DNA from: Caldisericia bacterium
GTDB taxonomy: Bacteria; Caldisericota; Caldisericia; JAAYUI01
Reading direction: 5' to 3'
Assembly: GCA_963674785.1 (NCBI GenBank)
Contig: OY771555.1
Span: 992,001-1,056,000, forward strand
Length of the DNA stretch: 64,000 nt
This document shows positions 39,243 to 49,514 of this stretch, one piece after another (within the stretch, counting starts at the first letter, position 1; each line of letters begins with the position of its first letter). Made by a program: the position numbers and the translations under genes. The notes under the pieces were generated by a model that saw only the letters and a program-made list of their open reading frames with translations, did not search any database and had not been told where the DNA came from.

Positions 39243-40474
39243 AGGTTTATTTCTTCTGAATTGGCATAAATTACTTGTTCGGCAATTGCCTTGACTAGAA
39301 AAACTTCCCTCTCGATTATACCATCATCAATGAACGGAGTGTAGTACACTTTTTTGTCATTTGACTCTTTTCCATGCACAATAGAGTTTCTAATTTGGTA
39401 TATTCTTTCACTGAGATTTGAATATACTGACTCAGAGTGCGTAAAATTTATTGGAACTCCGATTTGTCCTTTTTTTAGATTCACTTTCTGTTTTTTATAA
39501 TACTCTAACAAGTCTTCATGTATCATTTTTAGCTTGCTCTGAAGGTGATCAACATCAACAAATTCTTCTAAACATTTTCGAAGGGATAATTTCTCATTTG
39601 ATCGCTCACTGTTTGAAATATTATTAAACTCGTTCACAGTATTAATAATATCAGTAATAGCATCTGTATTGTTATGTGAAAATCTTGGGTCAGCAACCCT
39701 TTTACTAATAGCAGTTACTAAAAACTTATTTGTGATTGAGATGAAAAAAAACTCAATAATGTTGTAATAATACAAGTACTCAGTGACTGGGTTTCCGCTA
39801 CTAGATGCAAATATATATCGATCTATGAGTTTATCATTATATAGTTTTTGAGGCTTGGAAACATCCCTTCTTGAGTCATAGAAATGGCTTTTTTGATAAT
39901 TTATGTTGGCAATAACTGGATCGTATCCACAACAATGTAAGTTATATATGAATCCCTTTGCAAGCGAAATGAGTCTTTCTTTTGGTATGTTTCTTTTGGT
40001 TTTAACACTAAGCTCCCTAAACCGATAGTTATCTGCAAACCAGTCCAATAAATCTATTTCCTTTTCTGATTTATATCTTGGGCCTCCATAGTATAAAATC
40101 TCGTTTTCTGAGTTTCTAAGAATAAACCAAAGAATGTGCTCTCTGCTGAGTTTATCAATACTATATGTGATTCCATTTTCTTCATCGACTTTAGTGATTG
40201 GTCTTTTATCAAGTGAATAAGTTCTGGAGATCAACATCTTTAAAGAGTCTTTCTTGTAAATATAGTTTTCCTCACCGTGATACTTGTTCAACTCTTCCAA
40301 TGTGGGTTTTAGTGTGTTGGTATCTAGAATAACATTCTGTTCCTTGGTCAACAGTAGATGGTTTTTTTCGTGTAGTTCTAAGTAAATTTTACTCTCATTT
40401 GTTTTTGAGATATTGGAGAAAGATTTACATGAGTTAATTACATCGTCAAGAATATATTCCAAGTTAACCACCAA
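39239..40474 (-). CDS. HEPN-motif protein, putative RNase effector
   Basis: YLYYYNIIEFFF and RIYQIRNSIVHG (RxxxxH); AT-rich. Confidence 0.6.
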   Translation of the reverse strand: MVVNLEYILDDVINSCKSFSNISKTNESKIYLELHEKNHLLLTKEQNVILDTNTLKPTLEELNKYHGEENYIYKKDSLKMLISRTYSLDKRPITKVDEENGITYSIDKLSREHILWFILRNSENEILYYGGPRYKSEKEIDLLDWFADNYRFRELSVKTKRNIPKERLISLAKGFIYNLHCCGYDPVIANINYQKSHFYDSRRDVSKPQKLYNDKLIDRYIFASSSGNPVTEYLYYYNIIEFFFISITNKFLVTAISKRVADPRFSHNNTDAITDIINTVNEFNNISNSERSNEKLSLRKCLEEFVDVDHLQSKLKMIHEDLLEYYKKQKVNLKKGQIGVPINFTHSESVYSNLSERIYQIRNSIVHGKESNDKKVYYTPFIDDGIIEREVFLVKAIAEQVIYANSEEINL

Positions 40475-41411
40475 TCTTATTATAAGCCAGCTCGATGTAT
40501 TTCTTTATATCTTCAAACTCCTCTTGGTTAGAGATTGTGAATTGGGAATTCCCAGTACCCCAATGCCCAATATTTGTGACATCTTTGTAATACTTTATAT
40601 TGTTTGTATTTTCCGTGAAATCCCCAGGATTAAGTTTGAGAAACAATTTAATATTATTTGTGTGTGGGCTTACACAAGCTATGTTTTGTGATGCCTTATA
40701 AGCAATGTATAACTTTTTGGGCACTTCTTCGATTGAATCATCAAGATTAAGTATGAATTCCCTTATTGATTCAATAAGATCGCATATTTTTTGAGATTTT
40801 CCGTTTACATGTTGCTCAAATGTGTATTCCCCAGTTGCTCTGGTAATTGCAGCTTTCTTCCCGGCTTCGACCATTACGGGATTTTTTCCAGTACTATTGC
40901 TTGAAGATACCGAACTTACCTTTGATTTTTGATATACAACTTCGAGCAAAAGGGAATTGTTTGCAAATTTCCTGTATTTCCATAGTTCAATGTTTGCTCC
41001 CATCATCTAAACTGCCAACAAATCATATTTTCTGTAATTAGGAGCAATACATATTACTCGAATATCAGACCAATCGACTTCAATCCCATTGCCAAGTTTT
41101 TTCTGAACTGCAATTTCAAAATCACCTTTATGGTCAGCAATCCAATTGAGATAAAATAAGCTTTGGTTGATCAATTCAGAGGATTCAACTTTCTTGTACT
41201 CAATGATCACAGGGTTGTCTTCTTCGGAGAGTGCGAGTGAATCGATTCTTCCAGCATGTTTTGCGCCAGTTGAAAATTCGGTTGCTACAAATCTGCAATT
41301 GAAAACAGTTTGAAGGTTTTTCTCAATCAAATTTTGTAGTTCCTTTTCCGTACTAAAGTTCTTTTGTTCGATATGTTTGAGTTTTTCTCCTATGATTTCA
41401 AATATGGGCAT
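40464..41411 (-). pseudogene. NucS-like PD-(D/E)xK nuclease + DUF5655 protein interrupted by an in-frame TAG (41009-41007)
   Basis: EKELQ...GRIDSLA...IIEYKK...NQSLFY continues in frame across TAG into MMGANIELWKY...DVTNIGHWGTG. Confidence 0.75.
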
Positions 41412-41496
41412 TTCTTCCTCCTGATTTTCCACAGAGATTCTATCACTTACTCTTCCTTTGGTCAAAGTTAATGTGTAAGTATGATAGGTTTATATC

Positions 41497-41916
41497 GTGA
41501 GATACGAACTTGCAGCAACAACTTTTATTTTCAACGGAAATAGGTTTGCCATACACTTTCATGAAAAAGTCAAAAAGTGGCTCCCACCAGGGGGACATGT
41601 CGAGGTGGATGAACTCCCACACGAGGCAGCAGTCCGCGAGGTGATGGAGGAGGCCGGAGTTCCCCCAAGGCTTGTAGTTGCTGGTGGAGAAGACCTTGCA
41701 ATCCAGACTGTGCCGATGCCAATTGCGATTCTTGTTGAGGACATTGACCAGCAACACAAACACATCGATATGATCTATGTGGCGACAACCGAAACTGAAA
41801 AACTGTCAGATGAGTTTCGCTGGGTGACTGTGCAGGAAGCACAAAAGCTCCCCGCACCAGAAGATGTCATACGTTTAGCCCAAAAAGGGCTTGATATTTT
41901 AGGGTTGACTGAGTAA
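41497..41916 (+). CDS. NUDIX hydrolase
   Basis: PGGHVEVDELPHEAAVREVMEEAG Nudix box. Confidence 0.92.
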   Translation: MRYELAATTFIFNGNRFAIHFHEKVKKWLPPGGHVEVDELPHEAAVREVMEEAGVPPRLVVAGGEDLAIQTVPMPIAILVEDIDQQHKHIDMIYVATTETEKLSDEFRWVTVQEAQKLPAPEDVIRLAQKGLDILGLTE

Positions 41917-41917
41917 C

Positions 41918-43861
41918 TTAATCATCCTTAGGATCAACATTTTTTCCAGGGTCGTTGTTCCCCTTAATTCTTTTCTTAACAGTCATATTCTGACTGTTGT
42001 TTTTCAAGTAGAAGATTTTGTAGTTGAATTTATCATCAGCCGAATCATCCATCCAAACAATATGTGCCATTCCTTTTGAATCGAGCGCTATGACTGGGTC
42101 AGATGAATGTCCTTCATTTGTGCTGACATTATAATTTTGGAGTTCATTATTCACAGTTTGGCCAATTGAGTTAACCCATCTGTAATCATTTTCAAGCCAT
42201 TTTGTTTGATTTGGGGCTCTTGTTCCCTTCATTCTGATATACTGAATATCATCTGCCCCGCTCCAAGTTATGTGTGGGTTATCCAGATAATCTAAAGCAA
42301 GGCATGAATAATATGCGCTTGATGTTGAGAAAGAACCGTTTCCATTTATTGGATTATATAGCTCACCGTTTGAGCAAACCCAACAAGTACCATCCCATCT
42401 TGCGAATATCGACCCTTTTCCTGAGTAACTGTAGTCCATCCAGGCAATATTGGGATATCCTCTTGAGTCAACCGCAATTGATGGATGGAATGATTGATCT
42501 GTGTTCCGGCTGACATTCGCATCAAACCTGGTATTGTCATATTTTAAACCGTTTGCCGTAACCCAATCTGACCCATCCCATCTGAGATAAAAGACTTCTG
42601 TTGTTACATCTGCACTAAAATCATCCCATGCAATATGTGGCATGTCATTAAAATCAAGAGCAATAGATGGATCTCTTGAATTGCCTCTGTTCCTGCTGAT
42701 ATTTGCATTTTCTGAATTTGGATCATACTTTTCGCCATTTGCGCATATCCAAGACTGCCCATTCCATTTGATGTAGAAGATTTCAGCGTTATCGTTACCT
42801 TCATCGTTCCAGGTTATATGAGGATAATCATTCGAGTCTAATGCGATATCTGGCAATTGCGAAGAATTGTTATTTCTACTGATGTTTGCGTTACCTGTTT
42901 TCGGGTCATATACTTCGTCATTTGCGCATACCCAGTTTTTTCCGTCCCATTTCACATACATAATTTCCGAGTTTTCTCCATAATTCCAATCATGCCATAC
43001 GATGTGTGGGTTGTCTTTTGAATCAAGAACCATCACTGATTCAGATGAACTGGTTCCGTTTCTGCTGACGTTTGCATTGTTTGACTTGTAATCAAAAATC
43101 TCATCATCGGCTGTTACCCAATCCGTCCCGTTCCATTTTATATAGAAAATCTCCCAACCTAAAATCTCACCAACGCTTTCTCGCCATGCGATATGAGGTT
43201 TATCTTTTGAGTCAATATCAATTGTTGGACACCATGAATTTATCCCATCTGGACAGGGTATAATGTCTTTTGGGAATGAGTTTGAGTCGGGTTTATATTC
43301 TGAACCATTTGCACCAACCCAGTCCGAGTCCGTAAAAATATTCATTCTTAGTCGCTGAGATTCACCATTTTTTCCAGTTATATCTATCACATAAATTCTT
43401 GGTAGAAACGGGACATCTTCAGGAAGATTAATATAGCAATAAGCGGTTGTAATGTTTTCAATCCCTTCTGATGATGTTGGAACCGTTATTTTGTCTTCCT
43501 GGAATGTAATCCAATCTTCGTATGATGTGAGTTTGAATGATGTTTTTGAACCAGTGTTCCAGATTTTAAATGAAAGAGTTTTTATCTCGCCTGGATTAGT
43601 TTTTACAACTAACTCCTTCACTGATTGTGTAGTTTCTTCTTTCTTACCTGCTTCAAGTTTTGTTTCATGAAAAATTCTATTCAGTTCATCCAAAGAATAG
43701 GATTCGTCTGGAGATTTTGATTGGTCTTTGCTCCAAAAAACCTTGAAATTCGATAAATTTGTTTCCCCATTATTCTCAGTTTGGAAATTGTTGCATCCAA
43801 TAATAGGGATCAAAATCAAAAAAACCAAGGTGTAAATCCCTATTCGAAATCTATTTCTCAT
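41918..43861 (-). CDS. lipoprotein with seven ~62-aa repeats (probable beta-propeller)
   Basis: lipobox IIGC; repeats PxIALDSxDxPHIxWxD...EIFYxxWxGxxW. Confidence 0.75.
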   Translation of the reverse strand: MRNRFRIGIYTLVFLILIPIIGCNNFQTENNGETNLSNFKVFWSKDQSKSPDESYSLDELNRIFHETKLEAGKKEETTQSVKELVVKTNPGEIKTLSFKIWNTGSKTSFKLTSYEDWITFQEDKITVPTSSEGIENITTAYCYINLPEDVPFLPRIYVIDITGKNGESQRLRMNIFTDSDWVGANGSEYKPDSNSFPKDIIPCPDGINSWCPTIDIDSKDKPHIAWRESVGEILGWEIFYIKWNGTDWVTADDEIFDYKSNNANVSRNGTSSSESVMVLDSKDNPHIVWHDWNYGENSEIMYVKWDGKNWVCANDEVYDPKTGNANISRNNNSSQLPDIALDSNDYPHITWNDEGNDNAEIFYIKWNGQSWICANGEKYDPNSENANISRNRGNSRDPSIALDFNDMPHIAWDDFSADVTTEVFYLRWDGSDWVTANGLKYDNTRFDANVSRNTDQSFHPSIAVDSRGYPNIAWMDYSYSGKGSIFARWDGTCWVCSNGELYNPINGNGSFSTSSAYYSCLALDYLDNPHITWSGADDIQYIRMKGTRAPNQTKWLENDYRWVNSIGQTVNNELQNYNVSTNEGHSSDPVIALDSKGMAHIVWMDDSADDKFNYKIFYLKNNSQNMTVKKRIKGNNDPGKNVDPKDD

Positions 43862-43887
43862 TCTTCCTCCTCCAATAAAAGACTTTC

Positions 43888-44793
43888 TTAAAACAACGGA
43901 TTTTCTGCAGAAACCTTCCAGTCATCGCCTTCTGGCACAAGAAGAACCTTGCTGTTTACACCCATTCGATAGTCATCAATGATTAATTTCTGGAGTTCTG
44001 TGAGGTTGCTCTGGTCAATGCTCTCGAGATCTAAAAGCACATAAAGATTCACTCCCCACCTGTAGTTAATCCCATGAATAGAGGGCTCAAAAACGATTTG
44101 ACCAATGATTGGCTCAATGTTTGCTTGGGATGCAAATTCAGATATATTCTGCCCGTCTTCAGTATCCCAGTCACTAGCAATCTGCTCTTTTGGGGTGACT
44201 TCTGTGATGGCGGAAGGTGTGAAGTCGTAAATTCTGCTCCATTCTTTGTTTATGATTATTGAAATGTAATCTTGGTATGCTTTCATTGCATCATCAATTG
44301 GAAGGATTTCTGGTCCAATTGAGGGGAGGAATTTTGAGTTTCCCTGCTCATCCCTTATCATTACGGTCACATTATCGCGATCATCAATCAGGTCTGCAAA
44401 TACCTTTTCTTCACTAGTGAGAGTCTCAGTATATTCAAATTCAAATGCTATTATGTAGGCGTTTTTATACGTTTGACCGTAGATTCCCCATTCTGGCTGT
44501 TTGGAACACTGGGTAAATTTGACTTTTGACTTGGAAAGAAGTGATGAGAATGCTGGGTAGCTTGACCTCATCTCGATATATCTTTCTTCTATAAGTGATG
44601 GCCAGAGAATCATATCCTCGTACTCGAATGTTTTTTCGTATTCACCTTTAGACATTAACTTGAGATAATTAGAGTAATCCTCACAAACAGATTTTTCTTC
44701 TCCCTCAAAGGGTATATCAAAAGAGATGCTCGTGCCGGCTGAACATCCAGCGAAAAGCAAGATGGTTAGTAATACTAAAACAAAATTTCTCAT
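43888..44793 (-). CDS. hypothetical lipoprotein
   Basis: lipobox FAGC; TGATG coupling. Confidence 0.65.
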   Translation of the reverse strand: MRNFVLVLLTILLFAGCSAGTSISFDIPFEGEEKSVCEDYSNYLKLMSKGEYEKTFEYEDMILWPSLIEERYIEMRSSYPAFSSLLSKSKVKFTQCSKQPEWGIYGQTYKNAYIIAFEFEYTETLTSEEKVFADLIDDRDNVTVMIRDEQGNSKFLPSIGPEILPIDDAMKAYQDYISIIINKEWSRIYDFTPSAITEVTPKEQIASDWDTEDGQNISEFASQANIEPIIGQIVFEPSIHGINYRWGVNLYVLLDLESIDQSNLTELQKLIIDDYRMGVNSKVLLVPEGDDWKVSAENPLF

Positions 44794-45230
44794 CAGTTTT
44801 CCTTCCTGATTTGTGAATATGCAATCCACAGCTTACCATAATCATCCTCAACAATATAAGCCAGCTCTTTGTAAATCTGGTCATTACCATAGCTGAGAGT
44901 GGACTTAATCTCTGTGGTGTTTCGGTAGAATGTTTTGTTCTCAAAAATCCATTTATCCAGTTTTTTTGATTCTACCGAGATAATCTCCTCGCTTTTGACA
45001 GACTCACCAAGTTCTTTTCTGACAAACTCTCTTTTGGCTTTCACGTTTTCAATTGTCTGTTCATCAAGGAGATTTGGATAATAGAAATCGAGGAATTCAT
45101 ATCCATTCGAATTCCAAGAGTTTCTGAAATCCTCATAGAATTTGACTTTTGGATCAATATCTTTACGGCATGAAACCAGTGAAAGAGCTATAATCAAAAT
45201 AAGAAGAATCAGACTATAGCTGTGCTTCAT
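44793..45230 (-). CDS. hypothetical lipoprotein
   Basis: GGAGG RBS; lipobox LVSC. Confidence 0.65.
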   Translation of the reverse strand: MKHSYSLILLILIIALSLVSCRKDIDPKVKFYEDFRNSWNSNGYEFLDFYYPNLLDEQTIENVKAKREFVRKELGESVKSEEIISVESKKLDKWIFENKTFYRNTTEIKSTLSYGNDQIYKELAYIVEDDYGKLWIAYSQIRKEN

Positions 45231-46785
45231 TCGTCCTCCGTGTGAAAAGTGTGACAATGATGAGTGTTAGAAATGATAGAGGAACAGCGATTAATGATGG
45301 GTCCATATACTTCATCCATGAATTTGAAGCGATACAATCCACTCCAAAGATTAGTTTACAAACACCGATTCCACTTGATTCTCTCAGATGTACAAAGATA
45401 TACATGAGTCCACTGCTTAAAAAGCCAACAATTATGGAAGATATTACTGCAGGACGTGTACAGCGTTTCCAAAAGATTGCCCCAATAAGAGCAGGAAGGA
45501 ATGTTGCACCTGCGATACCAAAGAAAATCGCGGTTGCGATTGCGATTATGTTTGTTGGAAGCTTGTAAGCCACAAAGAGAATGTAACCAAGAGCAACAAA
45601 GGCACTTATTCTGATTGCCTTTAGTTCCCAATTCTTCTTCTCTTTGCTTTTGCCGTTTTTGTTGTTTGTGTTAATGACATCATGACCAAGAGACGTTGCC
45701 ATTGCATGAACTTGAGCTGTTGATGCAGATATTGAGGCGAGGATGAGAGTAAACAAGATGAGGTATACAAACCAACTTGGAGTAAAGTTTTGTACCGTGA
45801 AAGGGATTACAGAATCAACATTGCCAAGATAAGCAAATGTTGGTTGTCCAAATTTTTGTACAGTCAGAACATTTGAGAGTGCACCAGAAAAAATAGCCCC
45901 ACCATTTGCAATGATAATAAACACTGCACCAAATCCGACAGCTCTCTTTATGTCTAGTTTTGATTTGAGAGTCATGAATCTTACAGAAAGCTGAGGTTGA
46001 GCAAGAATCCCGAAACCAACTCCAACAAGAAGAGACGTAACAAGTAGCCACCAGAGCTGTGAGCCACCGGCTGGCATTTTTGTGAAACTGACCATTCCTT
46101 CTGCAGCCAGATCGGCTGGAATCTTGATGGCTGATAAAGCTTTTATTGATGAGAACCATCCAGTTTGGGCAAGGACGAAAATGGCAAGCCCTGCCATTGC
46201 GACAAACTTAAGAATTCCAAGAACAGCATCTGCATAAATCATTCCTTTAAGACCACCGATTGCGACGTATATGGCAATAATCGAACCATAAATCAGTAGG
46301 GCTGTACCAAATGGGATTCCTAGGATGAGTTCAATTAGTCTGCAGACGCCAACAAGAACAGCTCCTGCATAAAGTGGCATGAAAATGAAGTTGATGATAC
46401 CTGTTGCACCTTGAATGAATGTTGAGTTGAAGCGTCTTCCAAGCAACTCCGGCATTGTTTTTGCTTCAAGCTTATGACCAATTTCTCTGATTCTTGGGCC
46501 AATAACGATATAGGCTATCAAAACACCAACACCTATATTGAGAGTTACAATCCAGAACATGCCAAGCCCTACCTTGCTTGCCATTCCGCCAAATCCAATG
46601 ATGGATGCACTTGAGATAAAAACTGAGCCATATGAGACTGCCATTAGCCATGGCGGAACACTTCTTCCAGCCAACATGAAATCTTCGCCATCTCTAGTGT
46701 GTTTGTAACCCATCCATCCAAGATATGCAAGCACGATGAGAAAAACCCCGAGAAAGGGGTACAATATTGCTGTGTTGATGTTCAT
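45214..46785 (-). CDS. sodium:solute symporter (SSS family)
   Basis: DFMLAGRS, TMPELLGRRF, AQPQLSVRFM, multiple TM helices. Confidence 0.92.
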   Translation of the reverse strand: MNINTAILYPFLGVFLIVLAYLGWMGYKHTRDGEDFMLAGRSVPPWLMAVSYGSVFISSASIIGFGGMASKVGLGMFWIVTLNIGVGVLIAYIVIGPRIREIGHKLEAKTMPELLGRRFNSTFIQGATGIINFIFMPLYAGAVLVGVCRLIELILGIPFGTALLIYGSIIAIYVAIGGLKGMIYADAVLGILKFVAMAGLAIFVLAQTGWFSSIKALSAIKIPADLAAEGMVSFTKMPAGGSQLWWLLVTSLLVGVGFGILAQPQLSVRFMTLKSKLDIKRAVGFGAVFIIIANGGAIFSGALSNVLTVQKFGQPTFAYLGNVDSVIPFTVQNFTPSWFVYLILFTLILASISASTAQVHAMATSLGHDVINTNNKNGKSKEKKNWELKAIRISAFVALGYILFVAYKLPTNIIAIATAIFFGIAGATFLPALIGAIFWKRCTRPAVISSIIVGFLSSGLMYIFVHLRESSGIGVCKLIFGVDCIASNSWMKYMDPSLIAVPLSFLTLIIVTLFTRRTNEAQL

Positions 46786-46880
46786 TATTTATTGTTGTTC
46801 CAGTTTCTGATTGTATAGAAAACCGCGTATAGCGTGAAAATAATCGCAAGTGTTATTGATAAGAATACGAATGTTCCCAT
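46785..46880 (-). CDS. 31-aa single-TM symporter small accessory protein (not in ORF track)
   Basis: MGTFVFLSITLAIIFTLYAVFYTIRNWNNNK; TAATG overlap with the symporter start. Confidence 0.7.
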   Translation of the reverse strand: MGTFVFLSITLAIIFTLYAVFYTIRNWNNNK

Positions 46881-46891
46881 GATTACTGCCT

Positions 46892-48298
46892 TTATCTCTG
46901 ATTTTCACCGAGAATTATTTCTATTTTTGGTATAAATGAGCCTAGATTATCGGTTGACTGTGAGAGAAGTCTTAGAATTGCGTTGGCTTTGTTTGGGTTG
47001 TCGCTTTTACTCGCGTCAATAGCAATATCAAGCCAAAGATTGATTTTTTCTTCCTCAGTATTCATTGATGAAAGAAGAGCTTTTAATACGGGTTTGGATC
47101 TTGGATATTGTGAGAAGAGCTCTGTTAGCTCAGTTGTATTATTTTCATGAGATTGAAGTTTTGCCCACAGCTCAACTGGGGTTGAGCTTTTTCCTTCAAA
47201 TTCATCATTTATCTGTTGTTTTAATCTGACTTTGTCAAGCAGTATTGACCTTAATGTCTTTGATAACTCCATATTATCAGATAGATTCTCGCTTATTTTT
47301 GTTGTTATTGAGTTTATCGTTCTTGAGAAGTCAAGTTCCAATATTGCCTTCAGGTCAGAATCATTGAGAAGCTCTTTTGGGGGTGTAATGTTGTCAAAGG
47401 GTGAAGAGTTCAGTCCAAGTTTCTCACGAAGCTCTCTTGCTCTTTTTATCAATCTTTCCGATTTTGTATCAAGAAGTAGCTGAAGTTCAGTATAATAAAG
47501 AGCTTTTTTTGTGTTGCCTTTTCTTGTGTGCAAATCGGCTAATTCTGCCAAAGACTCGTGAACAAGGTCGAAGTTTGTTGAGTTGAGTGCAAGTCTGTAC
47601 TTTGCAAGTAGAAACTGTGGTTTATCTGGGTAAAGCCTTGAACACTCCATCACAAAAGAATCTAAACCATCAGAGCCTTTTAAAAGATCGATCAATTTTT
47701 CCCTGATTTCAATCGCCTGTTCTTTTTGACCAATTTCTTCATAGATATCAAGAGAGTATCTATATGAGTCGATGTTTTCCGGATTTCTCCTCAGATGTTC
47801 GGGGATCAACCCAACAACAGACTCAGGTCTATATTTTTTCGATGATTTGAGTAGCAGTGCCACAGCTTCATCAAAATCTGGGTTTTCTTCAATCAATGAC
47901 TTAAGTTTTGCAATACCTACCGGAATATCACCTGAGTCTGTTACGCAGGTAGCAATTTCGAATTTCAGACTCAGATCATCTGGTGAAAGCATTCTCGCAG
48001 TTCCGAATGATTTCATTGCAGAATCAAAGTCTCCAGCATTTCTTTGGATCGCCCCTAGTTTTCTGAGGTTTTTTTCACATTTGTCTTTTTCGCCAGTGAT
48101 GAAATAGTATCCGGATTTCTGTGAGAGAAGCATGATTTCCGAATCTCTTGAGATTGTATCTGATTTCAATTCTGGACTTTCTAGTAGTTCACATGTTTCT
48201 TTGAAGTTTCCAGAGTTAAACTCTATATGGGATCTTTTTATAACATCGGTGACATATTCGTCGCTGATTGGTTTTTCAGTGCTGGCGTTTTCACTCAT
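46892..48298 (-). CDS. TPR-like helical repeat protein
   Basis: LGAIQRNAGDFDSAMKSFGTARMLSPDD and similar helical repeats. Confidence 0.65.
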   Translation of the reverse strand: MSENASTEKPISDEYVTDVIKRSHIEFNSGNFKETCELLESPELKSDTISRDSEIMLLSQKSGYYFITGEKDKCEKNLRKLGAIQRNAGDFDSAMKSFGTARMLSPDDLSLKFEIATCVTDSGDIPVGIAKLKSLIEENPDFDEAVALLLKSSKKYRPESVVGLIPEHLRRNPENIDSYRYSLDIYEEIGQKEQAIEIREKLIDLLKGSDGLDSFVMECSRLYPDKPQFLLAKYRLALNSTNFDLVHESLAELADLHTRKGNTKKALYYTELQLLLDTKSERLIKRARELREKLGLNSSPFDNITPPKELLNDSDLKAILELDFSRTINSITTKISENLSDNMELSKTLRSILLDKVRLKQQINDEFEGKSSTPVELWAKLQSHENNTTELTELFSQYPRSKPVLKALLSSMNTEEEKINLWLDIAIDASKSDNPNKANAILRLLSQSTDNLGSFIPKIEIILGENQR

Positions 48299-48777
48299 TA
48301 CCTTTTCACCTCCACCGATTTGAGGACTTGTTTGAGATGGAAACCCATGTCAGATTCGACTGGTTTTGCCGTGACAATTGATAATGAATTGTCGGTTAAT
48401 GGAATTAAGTAGAGTGTCTCATCAACCTTGATTTTTCCAATCTTTGCGCTTGTTGTAAATGTATCAACTTTTTCACCATTAATTTCGGCAGTTCCAGCTT
48501 TTACAGGATTTCTACCTGTTAACACCGCCTGATTTGTTATCCATGTTTCAAAATTTGTTGGAGTTGGAACTGGCTTGAAGGTCACAAAGAGGTGCTCTTC
48601 ATCGATGTTGATTAATTTGATGGTTCCGTCGTTTATCTTTTCGTATTTCCATCCAGTTAAAAGATCAAAAGAACCCCATGGCATCTCGATTGTCTCTTTT
48701 ATTGATACATTTTTTTCAGCACCACAGGAAACAAAAAGAAGTACAGTGACTAAGAGAATTGGAATTATTTTCTTCAA
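48298..48777 (-). CDS. hypothetical lipoprotein, possibly PsbP-like
   Basis: GGAGGAG RBS, TTG start, lipobox FVSC. Confidence 0.6.
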   Translation of the reverse strand: MKKIIPILLVTVLLFVSCGAEKNVSIKETIEMPWGSFDLLTGWKYEKINDGTIKLINIDEEHLFVTFKPVPTPTNFETWITNQAVLTGRNPVKAGTAEINGEKVDTFTTSAKIGKIKVDETLYLIPLTDNSLSIVTAKPVESDMGFHLKQVLKSVEVKR

Positions 48778-49514
48778 GGAATCTCCTCCAAATTTGGAAT
48801 TTTTTCAAAGGTAAAACTGAGCTTGTTCCCTTTGGACTTTAAGTCTACATCTTTTTTTATGGTTTTGTATCCATTAAGCGAAAGTTCAAAGGTATGAGTT
48901 GTCATCTCCAGCCCTTCAACATAACAAGGAGTTCTTCCGACAATTATTCCATCAACTAGAACCTGAGCATCCTGTGGATTTGATTCAATGAAAAGACTAT
49001 GTGTCGAATCAAAGTCAAGAAGAATGTTTTCAGTTGTCTCAGTTGTATCAATGATATGTCTGACAGACGGATAATTGGCTAGATCAAGTATCAATTCATG
49101 TTTACCTTCACTGAGGTTGGAAATTCTGCAAGGAGTTATATTTTCTTGAACCTTGCCATCAATTGTGACAGTTGCTCCTGCCGGATTTGACCTAATAACA
49201 AACGAGTATAGGGGTTCGAGGGTATAGTTGGTCATGGTTTTTTTGAACCTTCCAACGTACAGATTGGAAGTTATCCCCTTGTAGGATATACCTTCATCAT
49301 CTGCTGCAACCTTTCCGATTTCAAGCTTGTAGTGCCTTGGTGTTATGAAAGCAAGGTACATCGGTGAGTGACCGATAAAGTTGCCATCCAGGAAGAGCGT
49401 TGAGCCCTCAGGTTCTACCTCAATTCCAAGGTAACCAACAGGCGCAAATAATGCGGTTGTAAGAATCAAAAGAAGACATTCAATCACTATTAAGCCGAAC
49501 ATCTTTTTGTTCAT
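48774..49514 (-). CDS. PEGA-domain protein (three PEGA repeats)
   Basis: IRSNPAGATVTIDG, IESNPQDAQVLVDG...GRTP. Confidence 0.85.
   Translation of the reverse strand: MNKKMFGLIVIECLLLILTTALFAPVGYLGIEVEPEGSTLFLDGNFIGHSPMYLAFITPRHYKLEIGKVAADDEGISYKGITSNLYVGRFKKTMTNYTLEPLYSFVIRSNPAGATVTIDGKVQENITPCRISNLSEGKHELILDLANYPSVRHIIDTTETTENILLDFDSTHSLFIESNPQDAQVLVDGIIVGRTPCYVEGLEMTTHTFELSLNGYKTIKKDVDLKSKGNKLSFTFEKIPNLEEIP

Noticed and set aside
41007-41009. Pyrrolysine or amber recoding
   Set aside because: No pyl genes or tRNA in the window; TAG ends several conserved genes normally
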